This document shows, one piece after another, positions 40,206 to 52,000 of a DNA stretch of 64,000 nt. How positions within the stretch are numbered: the stretch's first letter is position 1; each line of letters opens with the position of its first letter. The notes below the pieces were generated by a model, which saw only the letters and a program-made list of their open reading frames with translations, was not told the DNA's origin and made no database searches. A program made the translations under genes and the position numbers. Origin of the DNA: Dehalococcoidia bacterium (GTDB lineage: Bacteria; Chloroflexota; Dehalococcoidia; Lucifugimonadales; VXLM01); assembly GCA_963662435.1 (NCBI GenBank), contig OY759598.1:1-64000 (forward strand), given 5' to 3'.

Positions 40206-41717
40206 CTAGTAAGGCACACTCTCCTTGAACTCTTGAATCGCCTGGTTCAGCGTCTCGCCCGTCTCGTCAGTAACGTCCTTGGCATCGGCGATGCTCGCTA
40301 GTATCTCCGGGTGATTGGAACTCATGAAGTCGTGGAACGCCCTCTCGAAAGAGAGCACCTTGGATATCTCCACGTCGTCGAGGTGTCCGTTTACGAGAGC
40401 GAACAGGATGGACACCTGCTGCTCCATCTTCAACGGAACGCTCTGGTCCTGCTTCAGCACCTCAACCGCGCGCTGTCCCCGTTCGAGCTGTCTCCTGGTC
40501 GTCGCGTCGAGGTCGGAGGTGCCGAACTGTGCGAACGTCGCCAACTCGCGGTACTGCGCAAGTTCGAGTCTCATACGACCGGCCACGCCTTTCATGCCTC
40601 GTGTCTGCGCGCTTCCGCCGACACGGGACACCGAGAGCCCGGCGTTCACTGCAGGGCGTATGCCCGATGCGAACAGCTCCGGCTCCAGGTAGATCTGTCC
40701 GTCCGTGATCGAGATCACGTTCGTGGGCACGTAGGCGGACACGTCGCCCGCCAGCGTCTCGATGATCGGCAGCGCCGTCAGCGACCCGCCACCGAAGTCC
40801 TGCGATACGCGGGCCGCCCGTTCGAGGAGCCTGCTGTGCAGGAAGAATACGTCGCCGGGGTAGGCTTCACGTCCTGGAGGTCGCCTCAGCAGAAGCGACA
40901 TCTGGCGGTAGGCCCACGCATGCTTCGAAAGATCGTCGTACATGATGAGGGCGTCCTGCCCCTTGTACATAAAGTACTCGCCCATCGCGCAGCCGGAGTA
41001 CGGCGCGAGATACTGGAGCGGCGCAGGATCCGACGCGTTGGCGGCGACGATGATCGAGTAGTCCATCGCGCCGTTCTGCTCCAGGATCGCCTGCAGCTGT
41101 GCCACCTTGCCGACCTTCTGTCCGATGGCGACATAGATGCAGATGAGGTCGCCACCCTTCTGGTTGATGATCGTATCCGTGCAGATTGCTGTCTTGCCTG
41201 TCGATCGGTCTCCGATGATCAACTCGCGCTGACCTCGGCCGATCGGCACCATCGCGTCGATAGCCTTCACTCCCGTCTGCATCGGTACGTTTACCGGCTC
41301 TCTGGACGCCACGTCCGGTGCGAGGAACTCGACCGGCCTCGTCTCCGTCGTGCGTATCGGGCCCTTGCCGTCGATTGGCCTTCCGATGCCGTCCACGACG
41401 CGACCAAGCAGCGCCTCGCCCACGGGCACCTCGGCAACTCGACCCGTGCCGCGCACCTCGCTGCCCTCCTTGACGGACAGCGGATCGCCCATGATGACGG
41501 AGCCCACGCTGTCCTCTTCGAGGTTCAGCGCCATGCCTATTATCCCGCCTTCAAATTCAATGAGCTCATTCGCGCCGACCCCGGAGAGGCCGTGGATACG
41601 GGCGATGCCGTCCCCCACCTCAACCACGGTGCCGACGTCCACCATCGTGAGTTCCTGGCCGAACTCCTCGATCTGACGCTTGATTACGGACGCTATGTCC
41701 TGTCCTCGTACTGCCAT
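40206..41717 (-). CDS. atpA: ATP synthase alpha subunit
   Basis: [33 protein letters not shown]. Confidence 0.98.
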   Translation of the reverse strand: MAVRGQDIASVIKRQIEEFGQELTMVDVGTVVEVGDGIARIHGLSGVGANELIEFEGGIIGMALNLEEDSVGSVIMGDPLSVKEGSEVRGTGRVAEVPVGEALLGRVVDGIGRPIDGKGPIRTTETRPVEFLAPDVASREPVNVPMQTGVKAIDAMVPIGRGQRELIIGDRSTGKTAICTDTIINQKGGDLICIYVAIGQKVGKVAQLQAILEQNGAMDYSIIVAANASDPAPLQYLAPYSGCAMGEYFMYKGQDALIMYDDLSKHAWAYRQMSLLLRRPPGREAYPGDVFFLHSRLLERAARVSQDFGGGSLTALPIIETLAGDVSAYVPTNVISITDGQIYLEPELFASGIRPAVNAGLSVSRVGGSAQTRGMKGVAGRMRLELAQYRELATFAQFGTSDLDATTRRQLERGQRAVEVLKQDQSVPLKMEQQVSILFALVNGHLDDVEISKVLSFERAFHDFMSSNHPEILASIADAKDVTDETGETLNQAIQEFKESVPY

Positions 41718-41765
41718 GTAACCCTCCGGTATTGCGTATGCCCCGTCATCCCAGGGCGCCACGCG

Positions 41766-42308
41766 CTACGCGATTTGCTCCACTATCTGCCGGTGCATGT
41801 CCCTTAACTTGCTGCGAACGCTTCCATCGATGACGCGGTCGTCCATCCTTGCAATGATCCCGCCGATCAAATCAGGTTCGACGTACGTCCGAAGGCTGAC
41901 CTCGCTGCCAACGATCCCACCCAGCAGTTGCGACACTTCCTTCTCTTGAGCACCTTCCAGGGGAACGGCCGTCGTAACATCCGCCCACTGGATGCCGCGA
42001 TGCTGATCGACCATGACGCTGAACTGCTCCAGGATGGCCGGTATCAGCTGCGTCACGCTTTTCGTCGCAAGCAGGCCCAGCAGGTTGGCAGGCAGGGTGC
42101 CTGCCGAGTCCCCCAACAGTTCCTCGATGGTTTCGAGCTTCCTGGCGTCCGGCACCTGCGGCGCGTCCAGGAACGCTGCGACCTCGCCGTCTTCGAGCAG
42201 GTCGGCAAGCGTTTGCAGGTCGTCGACCCACATGTCGAGGCTGTCGTGTTCCAGTGCAATCTGGAACACGGCCTGTGCGTACCTTCTCGCCGACGGATAT
42301 CTCGGCAT
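41766..42308 (-). CDS. atpH: ATP synthase delta subunit
   Basis: ARRYAQAVF; LIGGIIARMDDRVIDGSVR. Confidence 0.93.
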   Translation of the reverse strand: MPRYPSARRYAQAVFQIALEHDSLDMWVDDLQTLADLLEDGEVAAFLDAPQVPDARKLETIEELLGDSAGTLPANLLGLLATKSVTQLIPAILEQFSVMVDQHRGIQWADVTTAVPLEGAQEKEVSQLLGGIVGSEVSLRTYVEPDLIGGIIARMDDRVIDGSVRSKLRDMHRQIVEQIA

Positions 42309-42424
42309 AGTCTCTCGTCTACTCCGTCTTGATCCGAATGAGGCGGTACCGGTCTCCGACGCTTGGCTTTGACACCATGGTGTCACTCAGCCACGGCTGC
42401 GCCGGAGACGAGATCGAATAAGGT

Positions 42425-42925
42425 CTACCCTTTTCCAATCGTCCCGCTTTCTTCGATCACCCTGTCTATTATGTCGCGATGGTCGGACTCGCTGAGCGAG
42501 CGCTCGACCACCTGCTCGGCGGCACTGATCGCAAGTCCTGCGAACTCACGCCGCAGGTCCTCGATGGCCGCATCCCGCTCTCGCTGGATATCGGCCTCCG
42601 CCTTGGATCGCTCAGCGGCGATCTCTTCCCTCGCCTTCGCCATTTCCTCGTCCCGGAAGCGGGCTGCCACGTCTCGGGCCTGCGCAATCATCTGCTGGCC
42701 TTCCTCGCGCGCCTTCTGCATGTCTTCCTGCATCTGCTCCTGGTTGGTAGCAGCCTCTTCTTTCGTGCGCTCCGCCGCTTCGAGGCTCTCCCTGATCCGT
42801 TCCGACCGCTCGTCGATTACCTTGAGCAGCGGACCATAGAGCAGCTTCTTGAGGATGAACAGCAGGACAAGGATGCCAACAATCTGCGCAATCAGCTGCG
42901 GCAGGTTTAGTCCTAAAGCTTCCAT
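42425..42925 (-). CDS. atpF: ATP synthase subunit b
   Basis: N-terminal TM, LYGPLLKVIDER, long coiled coil. Confidence 0.94.
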   Translation of the reverse strand: MEALGLNLPQLIAQIVGILVLLFILKKLLYGPLLKVIDERSERIRESLEAAERTKEEAATNQEQMQEDMQKAREEGQQMIAQARDVAARFRDEEMAKAREEIAAERSKAEADIQRERDAAIEDLRREFAGLAISAAEQVVERSLSESDHRDIIDRVIEESGTIGKG

Positions 42926-43001
42926 GCTTTCTCCTCGACGCGTCGCCTACCGGCCCTTTCCTGGGGCCGAAACGTCACGTCCAATCTCCTAATCGGCGTG
43001 C

Positions 43002-43259
<258 letters not shown>

Positions 43260-43278
43260 TCAGTTTGGTTGCCAATTA

Positions 43279-44343
43279 TTAGTGGTGCTCGCCATCGTGC
43301 GAAACAACCGCCATAGACGCGAACACCAGGGTTAGGACCGAGAAGACTATTGCCTGCATGAATCCCACGAATAGCTCCAGGCCAAGGAACGGAATGAGCC
43401 CGATCACCGGAAGCAGGAACGCCATTATGATGAGCAGCATTTCCCCGGCGAAGATGTTGCCGAACAGCCTGAACGTGAAGCTCACGATCCTCGCCAGTTC
43501 TCCGATGATCTCCAGGAGACCGACAACCAGCATGATCGGTCCCTGCTTGAAGTTGATGTATTTGCCGATGTGACCAAATGCCCCGAGCGTGCTCAAACCC
43601 CACCAGTGTATCGCCACCATCGCAATGAGCGCGAGAGCCAGCGGCGTGTTTATGTCCGTGTTGGCGCTCCTGAGGTAGGGAATCAACAGTCCTGGCGTCT
43701 GGCTCTCCTTGTCGAAGCCCTCGCCGTGCTCGTACTCCGCGGCGGTAATGTGGTTGTCGACTGAGCCCGGTGGAAGCAGCACGAACCCACCCGTGCCCTC
43801 GAATACCTGGAGCTCCACGTCGGCGAGATTGACGTGTTGACCGGCTTTCTCCGCCTTCTCCTCGGCGTGGTGAATCACCTTCTTCGGCGACTCCACCCAG
43901 CCGATTGTGCCGAATCCGGGCAGAATGCCGATCCAGTTGTTGACGATGATGAACAGGAAGATGGTCATCACGAGCGGGAAGAACCGTCTGGTGTGTTCTC
44001 CGGCAATGCTCTCCCCGATGTTGAGGAAGAACTCAAACACCATCTCGACCGCTCCCTGCAGCCTGCCGGGAACCGTCGAAATCCCGCGTGAGACGACGAG
44101 CGAGAGTACGACGAGCAAAATAATAGCCGCCCATGTGGCGACCATTGTGTTCGTTATTGTGATGTTCCCAATGAAGGCGTTATCAACCTTGGCAAAGGGC
44201 TCGGGGATTACCGGCTCGGCGGGGAGCTGGATATGCGCGATGGGGGATCCGAGGAAGCCGAGGCCGAATGCGTTTCCGACGGCGCCTCCAGCAACGGATA
44301 TGACGAGCGCAATTACTACGACTAGGAGAATCGCTCTGGTCAC
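43279..44343 (-). CDS. atpB: ATP synthase subunit a, with a long loop insertion
   Basis: PGRLQ..VE, NWIGILPG, SFTFRLFGNIFAGE, QAIVFSVL. Confidence 0.95.
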   Translation of the reverse strand: MTRAILLVVVIALVISVAGGAVGNAFGLGFLGSPIAHIQLPAEPVIPEPFAKVDNAFIGNITITNTMVATWAAIILLVVLSLVVSRGISTVPGRLQGAVEMVFEFFLNIGESIAGEHTRRFFPLVMTIFLFIIVNNWIGILPGFGTIGWVESPKKVIHHAEEKAEKAGQHVNLADVELQVFEGTGGFVLLPPGSVDNHITAAEYEHGEGFDKESQTPGLLIPYLRSANTDINTPLALALIAMVAIHWWGLSTLGAFGHIGKYINFKQGPIMLVVGLLEIIGELARIVSFTFRLFGNIFAGEMLLIIMAFLLPVIGLIPFLGLELFVGFMQAIVFSVLTLVFASMAVVSHDGEHH

Positions 44344-44366
44344 GCTCTCGTCAATCTCCTCCGTGT

Positions 44367-44570
44367 CTACTCACCGTCTGCTGAGATCAGCCCGGCGAGC
44401 ATTCTATACAGGCCCGCTCCCGCAACAGCTAGTCCCAGCATGAGACCTATCAGCAAGAAGAGCGGACTGGTATCCAGCTTTTCATCGAGCCAGGCACCGC
44501 CCCACACTCCCCCTACGATGCAAATTGCGACGTACCAGCCGACACCCACTAATTGGGCAACCAACCGCAT
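44367..44570 (-). CDS. AtpZ/AtpI-family ATP synthase gene-1 protein
   Basis: Two TM helices, G.WLD....TSPLF...G..LG; first gene of the atp operon. Confidence 0.85.
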   Translation of the reverse strand: MRLVAQLVGVGWYVAICIVGGVWGGAWLDEKLDTSPLFLLIGLMLGLAVAGAGLYRMLAGLISADGE

Positions 44571-44608
44571 CGTACAGCCTCACGACAATGCCCTTTCGGG
44601 CGACTCGA

Positions 44609-44638
44609 ATTCTAACACGGGGAAAATTGGAGTGTCAA
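44609..44638 (-). promoter_or_regulatory. Sigma70-like atp operon promoter
   Basis: TTGACA-N18-TAGAAT with a TGn extended -10 on the minus strand. Confidence 0.65.
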
Positions 44639-44643
44639 CGAAA

Positions 44644-45258
44644 TCAGGTGGGCCCGAGTCTCTCCACTGGCGCCTCTTCAGGTTGCTCGGACTGACCTCG
44701 CTTCCACATGATTCTAGCCGCGAGAACCCCCGCAACCAGGCCTGTGAGATGTCCTTCCCATGACACCCCCTCCTGGAAGAACGGCAGCACGCCGAGGAGA
44801 ATTCCTCCGTACACCACGGTCACCAGCACTGCGACGACTATCGATACGAAGCTGCGGGTGTACCACGCCCTCGCGATCAGATAGCCGAAATACCCGAAGA
44901 CCAGTCCACTCGCTCCCACGTGGATTGCGTCGCGACCGACGATCCACAATGCCGCGCCGCCCACCAGGGTGATGAATACGGTGGCCGTCAGGAACTTCCT
45001 GCTTCCCTGTATCGCCACAAGCCCGCCCAGGACCACCGCGGGCATGGTATTCACGACCAGGTGGTCGAAGCTGCCGTGCAGGAACGGCATCAGCGGAATC
45101 CCGATAAGTCCTTTGGCGGTGCGAGGTATGACCCCATAGTCGCTCAATCGGTAGTCGAACAGGATGTTCAACAAGCCCACTGCCCACATGAGAGCGAGCA
45201 GGACGGCAACGGAGATAACCGTCGCCTTCAATCCATTAATTCGCTGGTCCTTGGACAC
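44644..45258 (-). CDS. Rhomboid-family intramembrane serine protease
   Basis: FLHGSFDHL..N, HVGASG and SWEGHLTG. Confidence 0.9.
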   Translation of the reverse strand: MSKDQRINGLKATVISVAVLLALMWAVGLLNILFDYRLSDYGVIPRTAKGLIGIPLMPFLHGSFDHLVVNTMPAVVLGGLVAIQGSRKFLTATVFITLVGGAALWIVGRDAIHVGASGLVFGYFGYLIARAWYTRSFVSIVVAVLVTVVYGGILLGVLPFFQEGVSWEGHLTGLVAGVLAARIMWKRGQSEQPEEAPVERLGPT

Positions 45259-45339
45259 GATACGTTTGCTTCCTGACTCCTCTTGGTTGACTGGTGCTTA
45301 CTGCCTGTACAACGCTGCAGGGGTCCATAGGTAAGGCCG

Positions 45340-46176
45340 CTAATAGGGCAGTTGCGTATCCGGGTTGTCCTTCACATAGTGTCCTTGGCGGACTCCGAAG
45401 TTCTCTTGAAGCTGGATTGTCAGTCCGCCGTCGACTACCAAGGGATGGCCGGTGATGAATGACGCATCGTCAGAGCACAGGAAGAGTACAGCGTTGGCGA
45501 TGTCTTCGGCGCGCCCCACATCGCGCAGCGGATACTGGTTCTTGAAGAATTCGAGCCCCGATGGATTGTCCTTCCACACCTGTTCTCGAAGCCGCTCTGT
45601 CAGCATGTGCCCCGGAAGCACTGCGTTGACGCGAATACCGTCCGGGCCGTATTCAACCGCCATCTGTCTCGTTGCGCCTATTACGGCATGTTTCGCCGTT
45701 TCGTAAATCAGAACACCCGGAGCGCCGAACAACCCGTGGACGGACGACGTGTTCACTATGCTCCCGCCTCCCACTTTTCTCATCTCCGGAATTGCGTGCT
45801 TCGCTCCAAGAAATACGGCCTTCAGCAACACGGACATCTTGGCGTCCCAAACCTCCTCCGAAAGGTCAACCGCGCTCCCTGTGGAGGCGGTCAAAACATC
45901 GAACGCGTTGTTGAAGAGGATGTCCAATCGCCCCCACTTCTCTACCGCGCATCGCACCATATTCTCGATGTTCGAATGCTTGCTCACGTCCACGTGGACG
46001 AAGTCCGCCACGTGTCCGGCGGCTCGTATCGCCTCGACGTTCTGGGTAGCCATGGCATCATCAATGTCGGCGATGAGCACCTTCGCGCCCTCTTCGGCGA
46101 GTCGCCTCGCCGTCGCCCCTCCGATGCCCTGGGCCCCACCCGTAACGATGGCTACCTTGCCTTCGATCCTGCCCAT
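45340..46176 (-). CDS. Short-chain dehydrogenase/reductase
   Basis: VTGGAQGIG, LFNNA, YETAK, IRVNAVLPG. Confidence 0.93.
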   Translation of the reverse strand: MGRIEGKVAIVTGGAQGIGGATARRLAEEGAKVLIADIDDAMATQNVEAIRAAGHVADFVHVDVSKHSNIENMVRCAVEKWGRLDILFNNAFDVLTASTGSAVDLSEEVWDAKMSVLLKAVFLGAKHAIPEMRKVGGGSIVNTSSVHGLFGAPGVLIYETAKHAVIGATRQMAVEYGPDGIRVNAVLPGHMLTERLREQVWKDNPSGLEFFKNQYPLRDVGRAEDIANAVLFLCSDDASFITGHPLVVDGGLTIQLQENFGVRQGHYVKDNPDTQLPY

Positions 46177-46236
46177 TGGAGCCTCCATCAACTTGCATTC
46201 GCGGCCATTGTACCTATATGAGGAACGAGTGCGATA

Positions 46237-46718
46237 GTAACCGTTCAGACTTCGTGAGATTGCACGAATTGTTCTCTCGCTGTCATTCTGAGGAGCGCAG
46301 CGACGAAGAATCTACAATCTCTCCCCCGCCGGGCTGACAGAGATGGGCAAAACGGATTTGTAGCTTTGATCCAGCCCCATATCCCTGTCATTCCGAGCTG
46401 AAGTGAGGAATCTAAAGTCCATGACAGCAACCCCGCGCCCCCAACCACACCCCGTTCGCCCTGAGCCTGTCGAAGGGCAATTCACTCACCCCCTCGCACT
46501 CGCCCCCCGTCATTCCCGCGTAGGCGGGAATCCATGCCACGTCCAACTCCTGTAGGGGCGATTCGCGAATCGCCCTTCCTGCTCCGCTCAGAATAGCAGT
46601 GACGGGGTCGCTTTCTCATAGTGAACCGACTCTCAAATGCCCATCTCTGTCAGCCCGGCGGGGGAGAGATACAGAGAGGGAGACTTCGCGATTCAACTCA
46701 CGAAGACTGAACAGTTAC
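46237..46718. mobile_element. Non-autonomous TIR-bounded composite palindrome element (MITE-like, 482 bp)
   Basis: TIRs GTAACCGTTCAGACTTCGTGAG (46237-46258) and CTCACGAAGACTGAACAGTTAC (46697-46718), 20/22 complementary. The interior is a string of REP-like palindromes. Confidence 0.7.
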
Positions 46719-46790
46719 GTGCGATAGCCGCGATTGACCGACCTTCAAGGCAGGGTGTATATTTCGCCGTAGCTGCGGAGGAGCACCGTC

Positions 46791-47564
46791 ATGAAGGAAA
46801 AGGTTGCCATCGTAACCGGAGGAGCGGGCGGAATCGGCTCCGCCGTGTGTCAGGCGTTCGCAGATGAAGGCGTTGGAGTGGTGGTTGCCGACATGGATGC
46901 CGCCCGTGCCGAGGAGACGGCCGCGCTGGTCGCGTCGGGGGAAGGTGTCGGAGCCATCGGGATAGAGGTCGATGTCTCCTGCGAGCCCTCCGTCGAAGCC
47001 GCCGTGAGGAAAACGGTCGACCATTTCGGGAGGGTCGACTTCCTGGTCCACTGTGCGGGGAACAACATTCGCGGTCCCGTGATCGAGCTTGCGGCGGAGG
47101 ATTGGAGCAGGGCACTCAACACCCACCTCACCGGCGCATTTCTCTTCAGCAAATTCGTCGGAAAGAGACTCGTGGAACAGGGCGAGGGCGGCCGCGTGGT
47201 CTTTATGTCTTCGGTCGCCGCGAGAGCTCCTGTCCCTGAGCGAGGAGCGTACAGTCCGGCCAAGGCTGGCCTGATCGCTCTTGCAGGAGTCCTCTCACTT
47301 GAGTGGGCCGAGTACGGCATCAACGTCAACGCCGTCTGTCCGGGAATGGTGCTGACGCCGATGACCGAAATGGTCTATTCACGCGAGCCCCAACTGCAGG
47401 CGCAGCGACTCAGGAGAATGCCGGCTGGCAGAGAGGCCTACCCTGGGGAAATCGCCGACTTGGTTATGTTCCTCTGCAGCGATAAGTCCACTCACATCAG
47501 CGGTACGGCCATCCCGGTTGACGGGGCCTTCCTCAACAACGGCTTCATGCTGGAACGCGAATAA
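46791..47564 (+). CDS. Short-chain dehydrogenase/reductase
   Basis: VTGGAGGIG, YSPAK, NVNAVCPG; GGAGGAG RBS. Confidence 0.93.
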   Translation: MKEKVAIVTGGAGGIGSAVCQAFADEGVGVVVADMDAARAEETAALVASGEGVGAIGIEVDVSCEPSVEAAVRKTVDHFGRVDFLVHCAGNNIRGPVIELAAEDWSRALNTHLTGAFLFSKFVGKRLVEQGEGGRVVFMSSVAARAPVPERGAYSPAKAGLIALAGVLSLEWAEYGINVNAVCPGMVLTPMTEMVYSREPQLQAQRLRRMPAGREAYPGEIADLVMFLCSDKSTHISGTAIPVDGAFLNNGFMLERE

Positions 47565-47573
47565 GCAGGGACG

Positions 47574-47790
47574 CTAGTACCGATTCCATTTGAATATGAC
47601 GGTCGAATAGAGAGGCGCTTATCCCCTCTCCCGTCGTGGGAGAGGGCTAGGGTGAGGGTGAATCGTTATACCAAGATCATGTTCAACCACCAAGCTGTGT
47701 TGCCATTCTGTCATTCTGAACGTAGCGAAGCGGAGTGAAAAATCTAAAATCGTCGCGCAGGCACAGATCTCAGATTCCTCGCATCGCCCG
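47574..47790. repeat. REP-like cluster (CCCTCTCCC..GGGAGAGGG.TAGGGTGAGGGTG and TGTCATTCTGA units)
   Basis: Units shared with 48895-49058, 55897-56021, ~28820 and ~46281. Confidence 0.65.
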
Positions 47791-47965
47791 GATTGACAAA
47801 GAAAAGCGGAATAAACGGAATTCGTAGACCACCCTTTGCAGGGCTCAAAGTGGAAGGAAGTCGAGAATTGCTTCCAATCCGCTGGCATGGCACAACCTCA
47901 CAAGCACCCCCTATCATGTGAGTGGAACCCCTCACGAGATATACCGAAAATCCCTAGGAGGAACC

Positions 47966-48823
47966 ATGAGTCTGCTGAATAACGATACGCAGGTATCCAT
48001 ATTTGTTGAGGGCCTGGACCACCCGGAGGGGATCGCCTGGGGGACGGACGGCTACGCCTACGCGGGTGGCGAGGCTGGCCAGATATACAGGATCGACGTC
48101 GAGAACCAAGAGGTCGTCCAGTTCGCGGACACCGGCGGCTTCGTGCTGGGCATAGCTCTCGACTCCGACCACAACATCTATGCGTGTGATGCCGGCAACA
48201 GCGCCGTCATGAAGATAACGAAAGGCGGAGCGGTCTCCGTCTACTCTGCCGGAACCGATTCCGAGCCGTTCCGGGTTCCGAACTATCCCGCCTTCGATGC
48301 CGAGGGGAACCTGTATGTCTGCGACTCGGGAGACTGGCTTGAAGACAACGGCATAATCTATCGCATTAGGCCGGGCGGTGAGGCGGAGGTCTGGGACAGA
48401 CGGCCAAAGGAGTTTCCGAACGGCCTCTGCATCGGCCCGGACGGTGACGAAGTCTACGTTGCCATGAGCGTCAACCCGCCCCGCGTGATCCGTATCATAA
48501 TCGGGGCCGACGGCTCGCCCGGACACACCGAGACCGTAGCGGAGTTCCCGATGACCGTTCCAGACGGGGTTGCATTTGATACCGACCGCAATCTCTACGT
48601 GTCGATGTACAGGCCCGATGTCATCTATCGCAGGACTCCCGAAGGGCAGATCGACATCCTCGCCGAGGACTACCAGGGGACTCTCATCGCCGCTCCCACC
48701 AACATCGCCTTCTGCGGCCGAGACCGCGATATGCTGCTGGGCGCCAACATCGGTAGATGGCACATCACCCGGTACGACGTGGGCGCTTCGGGCCTTCCCC
48801 TGCACTACCCCGATCTGGGTTGA
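47966..48823 (+). CDS. SMP-30/gluconolactonase family protein
   Basis: LDHPEG, PNYPAFD, FPNGL, PDGVAFD and PTNIAF; AGGAGG RBS. Confidence 0.9.
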   Translation: MSLLNNDTQVSIFVEGLDHPEGIAWGTDGYAYAGGEAGQIYRIDVENQEVVQFADTGGFVLGIALDSDHNIYACDAGNSAVMKITKGGAVSVYSAGTDSEPFRVPNYPAFDAEGNLYVCDSGDWLEDNGIIYRIRPGGEAEVWDRRPKEFPNGLCIGPDGDEVYVAMSVNPPRVIRIIIGADGSPGHTETVAEFPMTVPDGVAFDTDRNLYVSMYRPDVIYRRTPEGQIDILAEDYQGTLIAAPTNIAFCGRDRDMLLGANIGRWHITRYDVGASGLPLHYPDLG

Positions 48824-48894
48824 CGTCTCGACGCTGGAAGTTCGAGCAGTTCGCGACGTCGCCAGCGATGACCACCTGACTGGAACCGGCTCTT

Positions 48895-49058
48895 CTAGTA
48901 CTCATTCAACTTGAGAATGTGATGAACTGGCAGTTGCCGCTTTATCCCCTCTCCCGTCGTGAAATAGGGCAAAGCCGTTTTATCCCCTCTCCTCTTCGCG
49001 GGAGAGGGCTAGGGTGAGGGTGAATCATAATATCGACATCATGCAGAAGAGGTACTAA
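48895..49058. repeat. MITE-like element copy (CTAGTAC...GTACTAA)
   Basis: Homologous to 55897-56021, with an internal partial duplication of the CCCTCTCC unit. Confidence 0.65.
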
Positions 49059-52000
49059 TCCGTGTCCTCGAACTATTCCTCCTGCGGGCACAAATTCAGT
49101 CCGAGCGCGTCCAGGTCGTTGTCAGGCACCCCGCTTAGACCGCTGGGAACGCACCCCGATAGCTGATTACCCGAGAGTCGTAGCCGCGTCAACGTGTCGG
49201 TCAGGTCAACCAACTCCGGCGGAATCGGACCGCTTAGCCGGTTCGTGTGCAGGTTCAGTTGGGTGAGCACGGGAAGACCGCCCAGCGACGGCGGAATTGC
49301 TCCGCTAAGCCGGTTCTGAGAGAGCCACATCCTCCTCAAGCTGTCCAGCCCTCCCAACTCTGAAGGAATCCTTCCGGTAAGCTGGTTGTCATGGATCAGC
49401 AGGTCCCCCAACTTGGCGAGGCTGCCCAGTTCTGCCGGGATCGATCCCGTCAGTTGGTTGCCGCGAAGGTTCAGGATCTCCAGGTTCGCCAATTCGCCCA
49501 ATTCTTTCGGAATCGTCCCGTTCACCTCGTTCTGATGAATCCAAATCCACCTCAAGTTTTCTAAATCCCCTAGTTCAGCAGGGATGCTGCCCGTCAATCT
49601 GTTGGTGGGTAGATGCAGTTGAGTGAGATTCGAGAGTCTGCCCAGTTCAGGCGGAATGCTGCCCGTAAGCTCGTTGCCTCCGAGCCACAGTATCTGAAGG
49701 CTGTCCATGTCACCCAGCTCCGGAGGAATCTGGCCTGACAGCTGGTTATTGTGGACCACGAACCACTCCAGTTTGTCCAACCGTCCCAACGACGCGGGAA
49801 TCGTCCCCGACAACTGATTGTTCCGGAGCTTCACTTTCTCCAACTTGGAAAGATTGCCAAACGTATCAGGTATCGGACCGCTCAAACCCGATGTCGGATC
49901 ATCCCTGCGATGATTTGCGTGGAGCCATAACTCCCTCAGATTGGTGAGGTTCCCGAGTGAATCAGGCATCCGCCCGCTCAGCCTGTTGCTGTGGAGGTTT
50001 AGGTAAGTCAAGCCGGTCAGGTTGCCCAACTCACTTGGAATCCGCCCTGTCAGGTCATTGCTCCGAAGATTCAGGTACGTGAGCCCGGAAAGGCGACCTA
50101 GTTCTGCCGGCACCGTGCCGTTCAACCCTCCGCCTCGGATGTTCAGCAACACCACTCGTTCCGGTAGTCCTTTGAGGGTGATCCCTTCCCACTCAACCAT
50201 CGGCAACGCTTGGTGCCAATTGAGTGGTCCTGTGCCCGCCAATGAGTCCCTGGCTTGGAGCAGGACCTCGCAGTCGGACACGAGACTGGGATTGTTCTCA
50301 TCCGTGACGGCGCCACCGGTGATGCACACACTCTCTTTGGTCGTTTGGGTGGATGTATCCGACCAGATGCCTGCTCCAACAAGAGTGACCGCCCGCACTT
50401 GTACACCGTATTCGGTGCTGCCGGTTAGTCCGGTAATCGTGTGCCCAAAGTCTCCACCAACTGCTGCGGTCCACACGTTTTCCATAAGGGTCCACTCGGA
50501 GTCCTCACCCTCATAGTCGATCGAACGAAGGTATCTAAGGTCGTATGCCTCAATATCCCATCCGCCGGTCTCATCGGGCGCCATCCAGGAAACGGAAAGT
50601 TGCCCGTCTCCAGCTGAAATCTCGTTGACTATCGGGGCGCTGGGCACTCGACTAACCGCCAGGTTGTACACATGGGTAGAAAGTCCGTCTGAAGACGTGG
50701 TCCCGACCCGGATCACCGTGATCCCTGAGTTGAGGTCCACCTGATGCCCATCCAAGGAGCTGTCGGCATCCTCCATTTCAAGATCATTCCGATTGAGGAA
50801 CTTAATCTCCACGTTGTGTTCGCTGACGGGAAGCACACTAACCTGCGAGAAACTCGACAAGGCGGTGTAGTCAGTCTCATACGGATCGAAGGTCTGGACG
50901 AGCCTCCCTGGACTTATGGTTAGGTCCGCCAGCAGCACATCGCAGAACGGAATACTCACCTCATCGAAGTCATTGTCCTCCACATCACGCAGTCCTTCGG
51001 GTACGCACTCTTCAAACAGGTTCTGCCGAAGGGTCAACTGCTGCAGATTGTCGAGTCCGGCAAGCGACGCCGGAATCGCTCCCGTCAACCTGTTTTCTCT
51101 CAGTAGTAGCTGTTCCAACTCTGTCAGATTGCCCAGTTCCTCCGGAATCGGGCCTGACAACAGGTTTCGCCAAGCCGACAGCACTTCGAGATTAGCAAGG
51201 TTGCCCAGCGACGAAGGCATCGGCCCGGTCAGCTGATTCTGCGCAAGGTACAGTTCTTTCAGGTCCGCAAGGTTGCCCAGCCCGCTCGGAACTGGGCCGC
51301 TGAACTCATTCCCCCACAGCGAGAGCGACTCCAATCGCGAAAGGCCGCCCAGCCAGTCCGGCAATTCACCTGTCAGCAGGTTGCTTGACAACACCAGCCG
51401 TTCAACATTGACGAGACTCCCAAGTTCCGCAGGCAGAGTTCCGGTCAGCCGGTTTCGCCAGAGTGATAGCTCCACCAGATTTACGAGTTCTCCGAGAGAT
51501 GAAGGCACCTCTCCCGTCAACAGGTTCTGAGAGAGGTTCAGTTTCTCCAGGTTCGCAAAGTCGCCTATCGACTCCGGTATCGGGCCGGACAAACGGTTCC
51601 CCCAGAGTGACAGATCCCGCAGTTCGACCAACCTGCCCAACTCTCCAGGCACGGGCCCTAACAGCCTATTCCGTGAAAGCGACAGCTCCCGCAACCCGGT
51701 AAGTCTGCCCAGTTCGGAGGGAATTGCCCCGGTCAGATCGCTATCATGGAGATTTATCTCCGTGACGCGTCGCGGGCTTCCACCAACGGTGATTCCCTTC
51801 CATCCGGCCAAGGGAGTGTCAGCCGACCAATTCAGCTTCGCGCTTCCAGCCAGGACGTCACGGACCACCAGCAGCGCGTTGCAATCGGCTAACAGACCCT
51901 CGTTGTTCTCTGGATCGGTCACCGCCCCTGCCGCACCGCATTCGCCCGCCGTCTTCTGTAGCGGCATTTCCGTGACGGCGTTCGACCATGGGCCTGCTCC

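Noticed and set aside
40311..41807. Long plus-strand ORFs opposite atp genes, and similar antisense ORFs at 19056-20093 and 38030-38863
   Set aside because: Shadow frames of high-GC coding genes with no recognisable motifs.
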